From the NCBI GenBank assembly GCA_028826165.1, contig JAPDFW010000105.1:151468-215467 (forward strand): a DNA stretch of 64,000 nt. The letters are read 5' to 3'. Every line of letters begins with the position of its first letter. Position 1 is the first letter of the stretch. The position numbers were made by a program, and so were the translations under genes. The notes beneath the pieces were generated by a model. That model saw only the letters and a program-made list of their open reading frames with translations, did not search any database and was not told the origin of the DNA. Of this stretch, positions 11,395 through 24,606 are shown piece after piece. Origin of the DNA: Anaeramoeba ignava BMAN. Its lineage: Eukaryota > Protista > Anaeramoebae.

Positions 11395-14213
11395 TCAGTT
11401 TTCTTCAATAAAAAGAACAATTTTTCCTGAAAAATTCAATTCTTTTAAAGTTTTTTCAAAATTTTCTTTATCATCTAAAGTAAATTTAATTTTTGGATAA
11501 GTCATTAATAAAGATAACTTATCATATTTCAATTCAATTAATTGAGCAAAAAGAAAAACATGTTCAAGAGTTGAATTGATTGAAAATTTTCTTGTTTCTC
11601 GAGATCCATCAATTTTTCTGAATAAAATTTCAACAATTTCTTCATTTGAATCTTCTTTTGGTTCAGAAGGTAATTTTTTTAATAAATTTTCTTCTTTTTC
11701 TCTTAATTTTTCTTTTTCTTCTTCTTCTTTTCTTTTTTTTTCTTCTTCTTCTTTTATTTTTATTATTTCTTCTTGTAATTCTCTTTGATCTCTTTCTCGA
11801 TCTATTTTTAATGATTCATTATATTCTTGATCTTGACTTTCTCTGATTAATGCACTTGAATTTTTTCTGAGTAATCCTGAATGAATTGTTGAAAAAACTT
11901 CTTGAAGATTCATTAATCTTGAAAATAATTCTGATTTATCAACAGGGCCTTTATTAAATATTAAATATTAATTAAATATTAAATAATAAATATTAAATAT
12001 TAAATATTAAATATTAAATAATAAATATTAAATAATAAATATTAAATAATAAATATTAAATATTATCCAAAAATATTAAATATAAAATATTATCCAAAAA
12101 TATTAAATATTAAATATAAAATAATAAATATTAAATAAATATAAAATATTAAATATAAAATATTAAATATTAAATATTATCCAAAAATATTAAATATTAA
12201 ATATTATCCAAAAATATTAAATAATAAATATTAAATAATAAATATTAAATAATATCCAAAAATAATAAATATTAAATATTAAATATTATCCAAAAATAAT
12301 AAATATTAAATATTAAATAATAAATATTAAATATAAAATATTAAATATTAAATAATAAATATAAAATATTAAATATAAAATATTAAATATAAAATATTAA
12401 TTAAATAATAAATATTAAATATAAAATATTAAATAAATATTAAATATTAAATATTAAATATTAAATATTAAATATAAAATATAAAATATTATCCAAAAAT
12501 ATTAAATGAAAAATACCTTGAATAACATCCAAAATATTTAATTCATGCACATTATCAACAACTGCTAAAAAAGGAAAACTTTCTAAATTAATTGAATTTT
12601 TAAATTCATGCATAATTTGTGGATCAATATTATCAAAATCACCAACCCAAAATAAAAAATTTGTATTAATAAAGGTTGACACAGAAAAATCACCAAGAAT
12701 TTGTTGACAAAAATTAAGAACATTTTGGATATCAGTTTGAGAATGAAGATAAACAATAACAGGAATTCTTGAAGATTTTGATTTTTCCAAAGTTTTTTTC
12801 ATATTTCCAGTTTGCATTGCAGGATGAACTGGAGCATAAACCTCTTCAAAAAGCTTGAAATTTTCATTATTTTCTGTAATATTTGGAATTCCATTTTGAA
12901 GAAAATTATTGAAATTCATTTTTTCATTGATTTCATTTTCTGTTTTTGTATATCCTGTTGAAAGATCTATTTCATATAATTCTTGATTTGCTTTTTCTAT
13001 TTCTTCTTGTTTTCTTCTTTCTTCTTCTTGTTTTTTTCTTTCTTCTTCTTTTTCTTCTGTTATTTTTTTTTCTATTTCGATTATTTTGGAAATTTCTTCT
13101 TCTTTTGATCCAATCAGTTGAATTTTATTGATTGTATTTGATTTAAGATTCATTTTAGAAAGAGGCATCTTTTCATTTATAAATTTTGAAAGAAATTTAA
13201 TTATAAATTTAATTATAAATATAATTATAAATTTAATTTTAAATTTAATTTTAAATTTTGAAATGAATATAATTATAAATATAATTATAAATTTAATTAC
13301 AAATTTAATTTTAATTATAAATTTAATTATAATTTTAATTATAAATTTTGAAATGAATTTAATTATAAATTTAATTCTAAATTTAATTATAAATATAATT
13401 ATAAATATAATTATAAATATAATTATAAATTTTTAAATAAATTTAATTATAAATTTAATTATAAATATAATTATAAATTTCATTATAAATTTTATTATAA
13501 ATTTAATTATAAATTTAATTATAAATATAATTATAAATTTAATTATAAATTTAATGATAAATTTAATTATAAATTTAATTATAAATATAATTATAAATTT
13601 AATGATAAATTTAATTATAAATTTAATTATAAATTTAATTATGAATATAATTATAAATTTAATTATAATTTTAATTATGAATATAATTATAAATTTAATT
13701 ACAAATTTAATTATAAATTTAATTATATTTTAATTATAAATTTTGAAATGAATTTAATTATAAATTCAATTCTAAATTTAATTATAAACTATAATTATAA
13801 ATATAATTATAAAAATTTTGAAATGAATTTAATTATAAATATAATGATAAATTTTGATATAAATTTAATTATAAATTTAATTATAAATATAATTATAAAT
13901 TTTATTATAAATTTAATTATAAATTTAATTATGAATTTTATTATAAATTTAATTATAAATATAATGATAAATATAATTATAAATTTAATTATAAATTTAA
14001 TTATAAATTTAATTGTAAATTTCTAAATGGATTTGTAAATGGTTTTTTTACATTTTCATCTTTAAATTTTATTCCAATTATTTTTTGTCTTTCTGGTTTA
14101 ATTCCAGTTAATTCAAAAAGTTTTAATTTTAAATCTTTTAAAAATTTTGTTGATTCAATATCAAATTTTATTTGTTGTTTTTGAAATTTAACATTAAATT
14201 GAAATAAACTCAT
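11395..14213 (-). CDS. UBL + UAS + coiled-coil + UBX protein (FAF1/FAF2-like p97/Cdc48 cofactor); exons 14213-14052, 13168-12517, 11948-11395
   Basis: N-terminal UBL (LKLKLFELTGIKPERQKIIG...KIQLIGS), UAS (VIVYLHS...FCQQIL...FINTNFLFW), LIRESQDQEYNESLKIDRER, and UBX (LPSEP...ILFRKIDGSRETRKF...MTYPK...TLKELNF). Confidence 0.85.
11949..12516 (-). repeat. 568-bp intron of ~7-bp TAAATAT-type microsatellite
   Basis: GT at 12516, AAG at 11949; interior (taaatat/taaataa)n. Confidence 0.85.
13169..14051 (-). repeat. 883-bp intron of 12-bp AAATTTAATTAT-type satellite
   Basis: GT at 14051, AAG at 13169; 12-bp periodicity. Confidence 0.85.
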
Positions 14214-14408
14214 TTTTTTAATTAAAAAAAAAAAGGAAAAAAAAATGAAAAAAATGAAAAAAATGAAAAAAATGAAAAAAAATTTTGGTTTTGTTTTTTT
14301 TGAATTGATTAGATTTTTTTCTAAATAAATTGAAAATAGTTTGTGTTTGTTTGTTCTTTTTTGTTTTAAAATTTTGAGATCAATTTGTATTTGAAATTTT
14401 GTTTTATT

Positions 14409-17400
14409 TTAATTAGATTTTTTTTTCTTTCTATTTTTTGATTTAGATTTTGATTTAGATTTAGATTTTGATTTAGATTTAGATTTAGATTTTGATTCAT
14501 TATCAGATTTAGATTTAGATTTAGATTTAGATTTAGATTTAGATTCAGATTTAGATTTAGATTCATTATCAGATTTAGATTTTGATTTTGATTCAGATTT
14601 TGATTTAGATTTAGATTTTGATTCAGATTTTGATTTAGATTTAGATTTTGATTTAGATTTAGATTTAGATTTTGATTCAGATTTTGATTTTGATTCATTA
14701 TCAGATTTAGATTTTGATTTAGATTTAGATTCAGATTTAGATTCAGATTTAGATTTAGATTTTGATTCATTATCAGATTTAGATTTTGATTCAGATTTAG
14801 ATTCAGATTTAGATTTAGATTCAGAATTAGATTTAGATTTTGATTCATTATCAGATTTAGATTTAGATTCAGATTTTGATTTAGATTTAGATTCAGATTT
14901 TGATTTAGATTCAGATTTTGATTTAGATTTTGATTCATTATCAGATTCAGATTTAGATTTAGATTTAGATTTAGATTCATTATCAGATTTATATTTTGAT
15001 TTAGATTTTGATTCAGATTTTGATTTTGATTTTGATTTTGATTCAGATTTTGATTTTGATTTAGATTTTGATTTAGATTTTGATTTTGATAATTTCTTTT
15101 TATTGTTCTTCTTTTTATTGTTTTTCTTTTTATTGTTCTTCTTTTTTTTGTTCTTCTTTTTATTCTTTTTCTTTTTGTTCTTTTTCTTATTACTTTTCTT
15201 TTTATGTTCTTCTTTTTGTTCTTTTTCTTGTTCTTTTTCTTTTTCTTCTTCAGAATGTGAAGCAATGTTTCTTTCTGAATTTGAATGAGAAATTTCAATC
15301 GGATCTTTTTTCCTTTTTGATCTTTTCTTTTTCGATCTTTGATTTTGATTTTGATTTTGATTTTCTTTTTCAATTTGAATTTCTTGTTCTTTTTCAATTT
15401 GAATTTCTTTTCCTTTTTCAATTTGAATTTCTTTTCCTTTTTCAATTAAGTTTAAATTTTTTGGATCAGGTTTTGGTTCTTCTGTTTTTTGTTCATTTAA
15501 TAAGGATCTTCTTGCTCTTGGTGTTTTTTTATTTGATCTTGAATTAGCCACAGTTCTTCTTCTTCTATTTTTCTTTAAAGTATAATCATTTGCAGCTGAA
15601 TAAGAATATTTCTTTTTATCTTTCATTTCTTGAGCTTCAACAACATCTAATTTCTCTAAAAATTCTTTTAAATCAGCTTTCCAAAAAGTTTCAATTGAAG
15701 TTTCTTCTAAAAGTTTAATTGATTTTTCTGTTTCTTCTCTTTCTTTAATTAATTCTTGATATTTTTCATAAGTAAGATTCCAAAGAGACATTGATAAAAG
15801 ATAATCAAAACCATGAGAGTTAATTTGATTTTTTTGATTTTGATTTTGATTTGGTTTTGATTTTTTTGATTTTTTTGATTTTCTTTTTTTTGATTTTTTT
15901 GATTTTCTTGGTTTTGGTTTTGATTTTGATTTTTTCTCTTCATTTTCTTCATTTTCATCATTTTCATCATTTAAATTTTTTTTACTCAAATTCTTAAAAA
16001 TTGGATCGAAATTTAATTTTGTTAATTGAGAAATAACTTTATCTTTTTTAACATTTCGAATCTTAATTTGATCTTCAATTACCATTTCAATAAATCTTGC
16101 TTTATTTGATAATTTTTTGGCTTCTTCTCTTAAATTATTAAGAAGAAATTCTTTTCTTTTATAATAAAATTCTTTTCTAATAACAAAAAATTCTTTAAGA
16201 ATTTCTTCTGGTGAATTAAATTTCTTAATTTTTCCATCAGAATCAAATAAATGCATATTATCTAAAGAAATTGTTGAATTTAAACGGAATACTTTTTCTA
16301 TTCCCAGTTTTTCTACTTTTTCCATGTTTGAAGTTGTTAAAGTAACAAGAAAACAAACTGTTGAATCAGTGTGATATTCAGTAAAATCTTCAATTAAATG
16401 ATTTTTTTGACCAGGAAGTAAAGTTTCTAAAAATTCTTTATAATTTTGAGTCCAAGAAAGTTTACAATGAAGAGGAAGTTCTGAGATTTCAAGAGTTTGT
16501 TCATCAATTTTCTTATAAATTCCATGACAAACAAATTTTCGAATTCTTCTTTTTTGATTTTGATTTTGATTTTGATTTTGATTTTGATTTTGATTTTGAT
16601 TTTGATTTTGATTTTCATTTTCATTTTCATTTTCATTTTGATTTTTATTTTGATTTTCATTTTGATTTTGATTTTGATTTTGATTTTCATTTTGATTTTG
16701 ATTTCCATTTTGATTTTCATTTTGATTTTGATTTTCATTTTCTTTTTCTTTTTGATTTTCATTTTGATTTTCATTTTGATTTTCATTTTCATTTTGATTT
16801 TGATTTTGATTTTGATTTTGATTTGTATTTTTTTGTGTTCTTCTTCTTTTTAATGGATCATGATATTGAAATGGCTCAATAGATCCTTTAAATCCTTTAA
16901 ACCAAGGTATCATTTCAAAAGGTTCTTCATTATTTATCATTCTTTCCAAATTCATTACCAAATCACGAGGATTATAATTTGGAACATAAGTTGAAAAACC
17001 AGTTCCAATTCCTTCACTTCCATTCACAAGAACAAGAGGAAGAATTGGACAGAAAAAACGAGGTTCAATCACTTGGTTATCTTCAATAAGATTATCAAGA
17101 ACAGGATCATCTTTTTGATTGAAAAGAACACGAGTAATTGGAGATAAAGTAGTGAAAATATAACGAGAACTTGCAGCATCTTTTCCACCTTGTAATCTTG
17201 TTCCAAATTGTCCGTTGGGAAGAAGAAGATTCACATTATTTGATCCAACAAAATTCTGTGCCATTCCAATTATTGTTGTAGCAAGACTCTGTTCGCCATG
17301 ATGATAAGCTGAATTTTCTGCAACATAACCTGATAATTGAGCAACTTTGACTTCTGAACGAAGTTTCCTTTTAAAGCAAGCAAAAAGTATCTTGCGTTGC

Positions 17401-19624
17401 CCTGGTTTCAATCCATCAACAAGCGATGGAATGGATCTTTTATTATCGGCATCTGAAAAAAGAATCAATTCCTTATTGATGAAATCGGAATAAGTCAAAG
17501 ATGACTGTGTATGATCTATATAAAGATTTTCAGGAACTTGAACTAACCAATCTTTTCGGTCTTTTATTTTCTTCTTGGAAAAGGCGAGTTCTATTGAAGA
17601 ATCATCTTGCGGACCTGAATAAACGAAATTGAGACGATGCCTTTGAAGATGAGAAAAGTATTCTTTGGCTTCTCTTGATGTACTTGTACCGAGCCCTTTG
17701 TAGTACTTTGTTTTCCATTTCTTATGGCTTTCGCGACTGGACAACCATTGATTAAATTCTGGAACAGTGAAGAAGGACTTTGTCTTCTTGCCCTTACTAA
17801 CCTTGACTATCGGAGTAACAAACTCTTGAACGAATCCTGGAAGCTTGATCAAAGATGGCCAGAAGCGGTGAATAAGATTAATCACAAGACCTTTGATATG
17901 AGAACCATCAAAATCTTGATCCGCCATAATCATTAAATGCCCATATCGAAGTCCGTTTGTGTTGTTATACTCTTTATCATGCTTCAACCCAAGAACTTTG
18001 ATAATTCCGTTTACTTCAGCATTTTCAAGAATTTGTTTGCTACTTGCATCTCTCACATTCAGAAGCTTCCCCCGTAATGGAAGCACTCCAAACTCATTCC
18101 TTCCCACAACACCAAGACCTGATACTGCAAGAGCCTTTGCAGAATCTCCCTCAGTAAGTATCAACGTGCAATGCTTTGATCGACGAGTTCCTGCATCATT
18201 CGCATCATCAAGTTTTGGAACACCTGTTATTCTTTTCTGCATTTTGCCTGCTGTGGATTTTTTCAATAAATTTTTCTCTCGGTTTTTCTCCCAACTTAGA
18301 ATTGTGTCTGAAATGCCAGATTTCGCTATTCGATTGAGGAATCTTGTTGAGAGTTTGGGTGTCGATCCAAAATTTTTGGGAGAAGAAGTTAATGTTTCTT
18401 TTGTTTGTGAATCAAAAGAAGGGTTTTCAATCAGACAATTAATAAAGATCTGGAGATGATGCTTGATTTGGAAGGGTTTGACACGGGCTTCTTTGTTTTT
18501 CTTGGAGACATTTTCAAGAATTGCTTGTGTGATCTGATCAGAAATTTCTCTAACATGAGATCCACCTTTGATTGTCCAGATCGAGTTTACAAAACTAAAT
18601 TGATGGAACTGTCCATCGCTATATGTTGCAAGTATTTCCCAACGATCAGATACACGCTCATAAACACGGGGTGCGTTCATATAGCGCTGATCGGATAAAA
18701 ATAGTTCACAATATTGTTTGAATGTTTTTATCGGAATAACAACTTCATTTAGAGTTACTTTCACTTTTGGATTGCAACCTGCAACATCATATACCCTTTT
18801 CTTCATTAGCGCAATTGTGTCTTTGTCAAGATTTTGCATGTGAAATTTCTCAAGATCAGGTTTAAATGTGATCTTAGTAAAATCTGCTCTTTTTGTTTTT
18901 TTTATTATTGGCTCTGATTTCTCACTCATATTTTTGGAATATTTTTGGTAAAAACTAAATCCAGTATTTCTATCCGAAGTTTCGACAATAAACTCATTGG
19001 AAAAAATATTGCAAAGCTTGGCTCCATAGCCGTTTCTCCCTCCAGTTACTTTTTTTTCAGAATCATCATAATGACTACTTGTGAGTAAGTGTCCAAAAAT
19101 TAATTCAGGAACATAAATTCCTTCTTTTTTGTGAATCTCAACGGGAATCCCCTTTCCGTTATTATAGATTGATATTGTGTTGTTTTCTGCATCGATTGTT
19201 ACCTTAATATTGTTCATTTTTGGATCTCTTTGTTTATTATCTGCTGCATTAACTAAAATTTCATCAAATATTTTATAAAGTCCAGGAACGTAAGTTATTT
19301 CTCTATAATTCATTCCCTTTTCTTCATCAAATACCCATAGTTGATCTTTAACTGCTTCTACTGATCCTATATAAGTGTCTGGACGAAGAAGAATGTGTTC
19401 TAATTGTGTCTTTTTTTATTTTTCAAATTTAAAATTCAAATCCAAATCAAATTTTTATTTTATTTTTTTTTTTTTACTTTTTTTTGATAAATTTCTTCAA
19501 CAGTTTTTGTTTCTTCTTCTTTATTATCTTCTTTTTTATCTTTCTTATTTTTATCTTTATTATCTTTCTTTTCTTCTTTCTTTTCTTTCTTATTTTTATT
19601 ATCTTTCTTAGATTTTCTTGGCAT
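14409..19624 (-). CDS. TOP2: DNA topoisomerase II (type IIA); exons 19624-19478 and 19409-14409
   Basis: EEIYQKK|[64 protein letters not shown] and active-site ASSRYIFT. A 68-bp intron links the upstream ATG at 19624. Confidence 0.97.
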
Positions 19625-19717
19625 TTTTTAATTTTAATTTATTAAATTTTAAAAAAAAAATGAAGAGAAAAAAAATGAAAAAAATTTTTTTTCTTTTTTC
19701 TTTTTCCTTTTAAACTG

Positions 19718-20394
19718 TTTGATTTTTAATTTGGATTTTAATTTTAATTTGGATTTTAATTTTAATTTTGATTTTGATTTAGATTTTAATTTTAATTTTA
19801 ATTTTAATTTTGATTTTAATTTTAATTTTAATTTTAATTTGGATTTTGATTTTGATTTTGATTTTGATTTTAATTTAGATTTAAATTTTAATTTTAATTT
19901 TAAATTTAATTTTAATTTTGATTTTTAATTTTGATTTTGATTTTGATTTGGATTTTAATTTTAATTTTAATTTTGATTTTGATTTTGATTTTGATTTTAA
20001 TTTTAATTTTGATTTTAATTTTAATTTTAATTTTAATTTTAATTTTAATTTTGATTTTGATTTTGATTTTAATTTTTATTTTAATTTTGATTTTAATTTT
20101 GATTTTGATTTTAATTTTAATTTTGATTTTAATTTTGATTTTTAATTTTAATTTTGAATTTGATTTTGATTTTGATTTTGATTTTGATTTTAATTTTGAT
20201 TTTAATTTTGATTTAGATTTAGATTTAGATTTTGATTTTAATTTTAATTTTAATTTTGATTTTAATTTTAATTTTGATTTTGATTTTGATTTTGATTTTG
20301 ATTTTGATTTTAATTTTAATTTGGATTTTAATTTTCATTTTGATTTTAATTTTAATTTTAATTTTGATTTAGATTTATAAATTGATTTTGATTT
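19718..20394. repeat. Intergenic (RATTTT)n hexamer microsatellite (AAAATY on minus strand)
   Basis: Nearly pure gatttt/aatttt hexamers. Confidence 0.9.
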
Positions 20395-23300
20395 TTAATT
20401 CATCCCAAACTTTTCTTTACTCATTTCTATCAATAAATCAATTATGGAATTTTGATTTAATTGATAATAATCTTTTGCATCTGAAAATTCTTCAATAATT
20501 TTTTTTGTTAATTCTTTTTCTTTCAATTTATCATAATAAAGAAAATAAACTAATTCTTGAATTGTTTGATATGATTTTCCTGAATAATCGTGAACTTGAT
20601 TTGTTGAATCAACAACATTCAAAAACATTCCTTGATATAATTCACTTCTTAAAAATAAGACTAATTTATGAACTTTAATTTCTTTTTCTTCACAAATTAT
20701 GCTAAAATCTTTCGTTGTTTCTTCTTTGTATAAATTTTTGAAATCTCTTATTAATCCTAATCTTCCTTTTTTTGATTCAATCCAATTTGAATCAATCTCC
20801 ATTTCTTTGAAAAATTGTGAAATTTTGCTTTTATTTAAAAATTCCTTTTCTTTTTGTTGTTCAATTAGATCTTGAGATCTGAATCTTAAATTAATTTGTT
20901 TTTTAAATTCTTCAAATTCAAAAAAACCTGAATAAATGAACTTTAAAATGATTTCAACTTCTTCTTTGCTTTTTTGTAAACAGTTATTAACAAAATTTTG
21001 TAAAATTGTTTCATCATTATCAAATCTTAATAATAAAAATAATTTATGAACTTGGAATTTGTAAAAATCTTTTGTTTCAATTTGGAAATCTGTTAATTGG
21101 TTTGATTTAAATAATTTATTCATATCTTCATTAATTGAATAAATTTGATTTAATTTTGAAATTAATTCTCTGGAAAGATTTTTATTAATTGGATTATCTA
21201 AATAAGAAATAATTGCATCATTCATTAATAATAAATTTATAATGTTCGTTTTTTTATCTTGAATTGAATTTTCTAAAATTGTTTTTTGAGCATGATCTTT
21301 TAAATTGATATTAACTCCTTTTTTTAATAAAAATTGAATAATTTCATTTGAATTGTTTTTATAAGCAATTTCTAAAAGTGATATTTTACTTGAAAATGTT
21401 GAATAATATTCTAAATTCATATTAACATCAAATCCTTTTCGAAACATTAATTTTAAAATTTGAATTGAATTATTTTCACAAACAATAAACAATGGTGTTT
21501 TTAAATTGTTGTTTCTAACATTAAAATCAGCTCCTTTTTCAATTAATAATTCTGCAATTTTATTTGATTTTTTTTTACAAGCAATATGTAAAGGTGTTTT
21601 GGATTTATTATTTTTAATATTAACATCAGCTCCTTTTTCAATCAATAATTTAATAATTTTGATTGAATTTTCATTCTGATTTTGAGAAAAGAAATGTAAT
21701 AATGTTTCTTTTTTTCTATTTTGAACATTAACATCAGCTCCTTTTTCAATCAATAAAGTAACAATTTCAAATGATTTTCTTTGCCAAGCAATTTGTAAAA
21801 GAGATTGATTAAATTTATTCTTGGAATTAACATCAGCTCCTTTTTCAATCAATAATTTAATAAATTCAATTTTGTTTTTATGAATTAAAATTTGTAAAGG
21901 AGTTTCTTGATTTTTTGTTTTTGCATTAATATCAGCACTTTTTTCAATTAATACTTTAATAAATTCACTTGAATTTGAATTTGGATTTTGACAAGCATAA
22001 TGTAAAGGAGTTTCTTGATTTTTTGTTTTTGCATTAATATCAGCACCTTTTTCAATTAATAATTTGAAAATTTGAATGGAGTTTTCATTCTGATTTTGGC
22101 AAATAAAATGTAAAGGTGTTTCTTCATTTCTTGTTTTAATATTAATATCTGCTCCTTTTTCAATTAATAATTTAATAATTTCAACAGAGTTTTCATTTTT
22201 ACTTTGAAAAGCATAATGTAAAGCAGTTTTACTTTCATTTCTGTTTTTAATATTAATATCAGCACCTTTTTCAATTAATAATTTGATAATTTCAATAGAA
22301 TTTGGATTTTGACTTTGACAAATAAAATGTAAAGGTGTTTCTTGAAATATTGTTTTTGCATTAATATCAGCACCTTTTTCAATCAATAATTTGATAATTT
22401 CAATCAAATTTGGATTTTGACTTTGACAAATAAAATGTAAAGGTGTTTCTTTTACTTCATTTCTTGTATTAATATTAGCACCGTTTTCAATTAATAATTT
22501 GATAATTTCAAATGAATTTTCATTTAAATTTTGATCTTGGCAAATAAAATGTAAAGGTGTTTTTTTATCTCTATCTTGAGAATTAATATCAGCACCTTTT
22601 TCAATTAACAATTTAATAAATTCAATCGAGTTTTCATTTCTATTTTGACAAATAAAATGTAAAGGTGTTTTTTGATCTCTATCTTGAGAATTAATATCAG
22701 AACCTTTTTCAATTAATAATTTTATAGTTTCAATTGAATTTTTGTTTTGACTTTTAAAAGCAAAATGTAATGATGTTTCTTGATTTTTGTTTTTGACATT
22801 AACATCAGCTCCTTTTTCAATTAACAAATTTATAATTTCAATCGAATTTTCATTTGGACTTTGACAAATAAAATGTAAAGGAGTATTTTGTTCAATTGTT
22901 TTTGCATTAATGTCAGCTCCGTTTTCAATCAATAAATTGATAATTTCGCTTGAATTTCTGTTTTGACTTTGACAAGAATAATGTAAAGGAGTTTCTTGAT
23001 TTCTGTTTTTGATATCAACATCAGCTCCTTTTTCAATTAACAAATTTATAATTTCAATCGAATTTTCATGTAACCTTTTGCAATAAAAATGTAAAAGTGT
23101 TTCTTCTTTTTCATTTTTGACATTGATATCAATCCCTTTTTCAATTAATAACTTGATAAATTCAATTGCAATTTCGTTTTGACTTTGGCAAATTAAATGT
23201 AAAAGTAATTCCTGATCTTTGTTTTTGTCAATTACATTCGCTCCGCTTTCAATTAATAATTTGATAATTTCAATTTTGTTGTTTTGAATTGAAATTTGTA

Positions 23301-24606
23301 AAGGAGTTTCTTTTTTTCTATTTTGGATATTAATATCAGCACCTTTTTCAATCAACAATTTCATAATCTCACTTGAATTTCTGTTTTGACTTTGACAGGT
23401 ATAATGTAAAGGTGTTTCTTCATTTTTGTTTTTAGCATTAACATCAGCACCTTTTTCAATTAAAAATTTCGTAATTTCAAATGAATTTTCGTTTTGACTT
23501 TGACAGGCATAATGTAAAGGTGTTTCTTGATTTCCAGTGTTGATATCTACATTAATTCCCTTTTCAATCAATAATTTCACAATTTCAAACGCATTTCTGT
23601 TTTGACTTTGACAGGCATAATGTAAACAATTTTGTTGTTTTCGATTTTTGACAGTTACATTAACTCCCTTTTCAATCAATAATTTCACAATTTCAAACGC
23701 ATTTCCGTTTTGACTTTGGCAAATTAAATTCAAAGGTGTTTCTTGACTTGTGTTTTTGGCATTGATATCAACTCCTTTCGAAATTAATAATCTTATTATT
23801 TCAATGCAATTTTCGTTTTTATTTTGACAAGCAAAATGCAAAGGTGTTTCTTTTTTTTTTGTTCTGCAATTAATATCACTTCGCTTTTCAATCAATAACT
23901 CCACAATTTCAATGGATTTTTCGTTTTGATTTTCGCAGGCAAAATGTAAAGGTAATTTATTAAACTGATTTTTGACAGTTACATCAGCACCTTCTTCAAT
24001 CAATAATTTCACAATTTCAAACGCATTTCTGTTTTGACTTTGGCACGCATAATGCAAAGGTGTTTCTTGATAATTATTTTCGGCATTTACTCGAAAACCG
24101 CTTTCAATCAATAATTTCACAATTTCAAACGCATTTTCGTTTTGACTTTGACAGGCAAAATGTAAAGGTGTTTCTTGATAATTATTCTGCGCATCAATAT
24201 CTACCTCTTTTTCAACCAACAATTTCACAATTTCAAACGCATTTTCGTTTTGACTTTGACAGATGAAATGTAAAGGTGTTTGTTGATACTCGTTTTTGGC
24301 ATTAACATCTGCTCCTTTTTCAACAAGGAATTCAACAATTTTGCTTGTGTTTTCGTGTTGACTTTGGCAGGCGTAATGCAAAGGTGTTTCATATTTGTTG
24401 TTTTTTACATTAACATCTGCTCCTTTTTCAACTAATTTTTTCACAACTTCAATTGAATTTTTGTGTTGGTTTTTACAAGCCGAATGCAAAAAAGTCTCAT
24501 TAAAATTGTTTTTGGAATTCACATCAATTTCTTTTTCAATAATAGATTGAATAATTTCGATAGAATCATTTAAAGAAGAATTGAATAAATTTTCTTTTTC
24601 TTCCAT
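20395..24606 (-). CDS. Ankyrin-repeat (about 30 repeats, mostly 36 aa) + double BTB protein; likely start ATG 24606
   Basis: ETPLH(F/Y)xCQSQN...EIIKLLIEKGADIN repeats; C-terminal TDFQI...FQVHKLFLLLRF and KDFSI...IKVHKLVLFLRSELYQGMF. The ORF extension upstream of 24606 is an AAAAAC microsatellite containing the Inr-like motif. Confidence 0.9.
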   Translation of the reverse strand: MEEKENLFNSSLNDSIEIIQSIIEKEIDVNSKNNFNETFLHSACKNQHKNSIEVVKKLVEKGADVNVKNNKYETPLHYACQSQHENTSKIVEFLVEKGADVNAKNEYQQTPLHFICQSQNENAFEIVKLLVEKEVDIDAQNNYQETPLHFACQSQNENAFEIVKLLIESGFRVNAENNYQETPLHYACQSQNRNAFEIVKLLIEEGADVTVKNQFNKLPLHFACENQNEKSIEIVELLIEKRSDINCRTKKKETPLHFACQNKNENCIEIIRLLISKGVDINAKNTSQETPLNLICQSQNGNAFEIVKLLIEKGVNVTVKNRKQQNCLHYACQSQNRNAFEIVKLLIEKGINVDINTGNQETPLHYACQSQNENSFEITKFLIEKGADVNAKNKNEETPLHYTCQSQNRNSSEIMKLLIEKGADINIQNRKKETPLQISIQNNKIEIIKLLIESGANVIDKNKDQELLLHLICQSQNEIAIEFIKLLIEKGIDINVKNEKEETLLHFYCKRLHENSIEIINLLIEKGADVDIKNRNQETPLHYSCQSQNRNSSEIINLLIENGADINAKTIEQNTPLHFICQSPNENSIEIINLLIEKGADVNVKNKNQETSLHFAFKSQNKNSIETIKLLIEKGSDINSQDRDQKTPLHFICQNRNENSIEFIKLLIEKGADINSQDRDKKTPLHFICQDQNLNENSFEIIKLLIENGANINTRNEVKETPLHFICQSQNPNLIEIIKLLIEKGADINAKTIFQETPLHFICQSQNPNSIEIIKLLIEKGADINIKNRNESKTALHYAFQSKNENSVEIIKLLIEKGADINIKTRNEETPLHFICQNQNENSIQIFKLLIEKGADINAKTKNQETPLHYACQNPNSNSSEFIKVLIEKSADINAKTKNQETPLQILIHKNKIEFIKLLIEKGADVNSKNKFNQSLLQIAWQRKSFEIVTLLIEKGADVNVQNRKKETLLHFFSQNQNENSIKIIKLLIEKGADVNIKNNKSKTPLHIACKKKSNKIAELLIEKGADFNVRNNNLKTPLFIVCENNSIQILKLMFRKGFDVNMNLEYYSTFSSKISLLEIAYKNNSNEIIQFLLKKGVNINLKDHAQKTILENSIQDKKTNIINLLLMNDAIISYLDNPINKNLSRELISKLNQIYSINEDMNKLFKSNQLTDFQIETKDFYKFQVHKLFLLLRFDNDETILQNFVNNCLQKSKEEVEIILKFIYSGFFEFEEFKKQINLRFRSQDLIEQQKEKEFLNKSKISQFFKEMEIDSNWIESKKGRLGLIRDFKNLYKEETTKDFSIICEEKEIKVHKLVLFLRSELYQGMFLNVVDSTNQVHDYSGKSYQTIQELVYFLYYDKLKEKELTKKIIEEFSDAKDYYQLNQNSIIDLLIEMSKEKFGMN

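Noticed and set aside
17724-18698. Antisense ORFs within TOP2 (and within RPT4 at 61660-62011)
   Set aside because: Expected by-products of higher-GC coding sequence, with no motifs.
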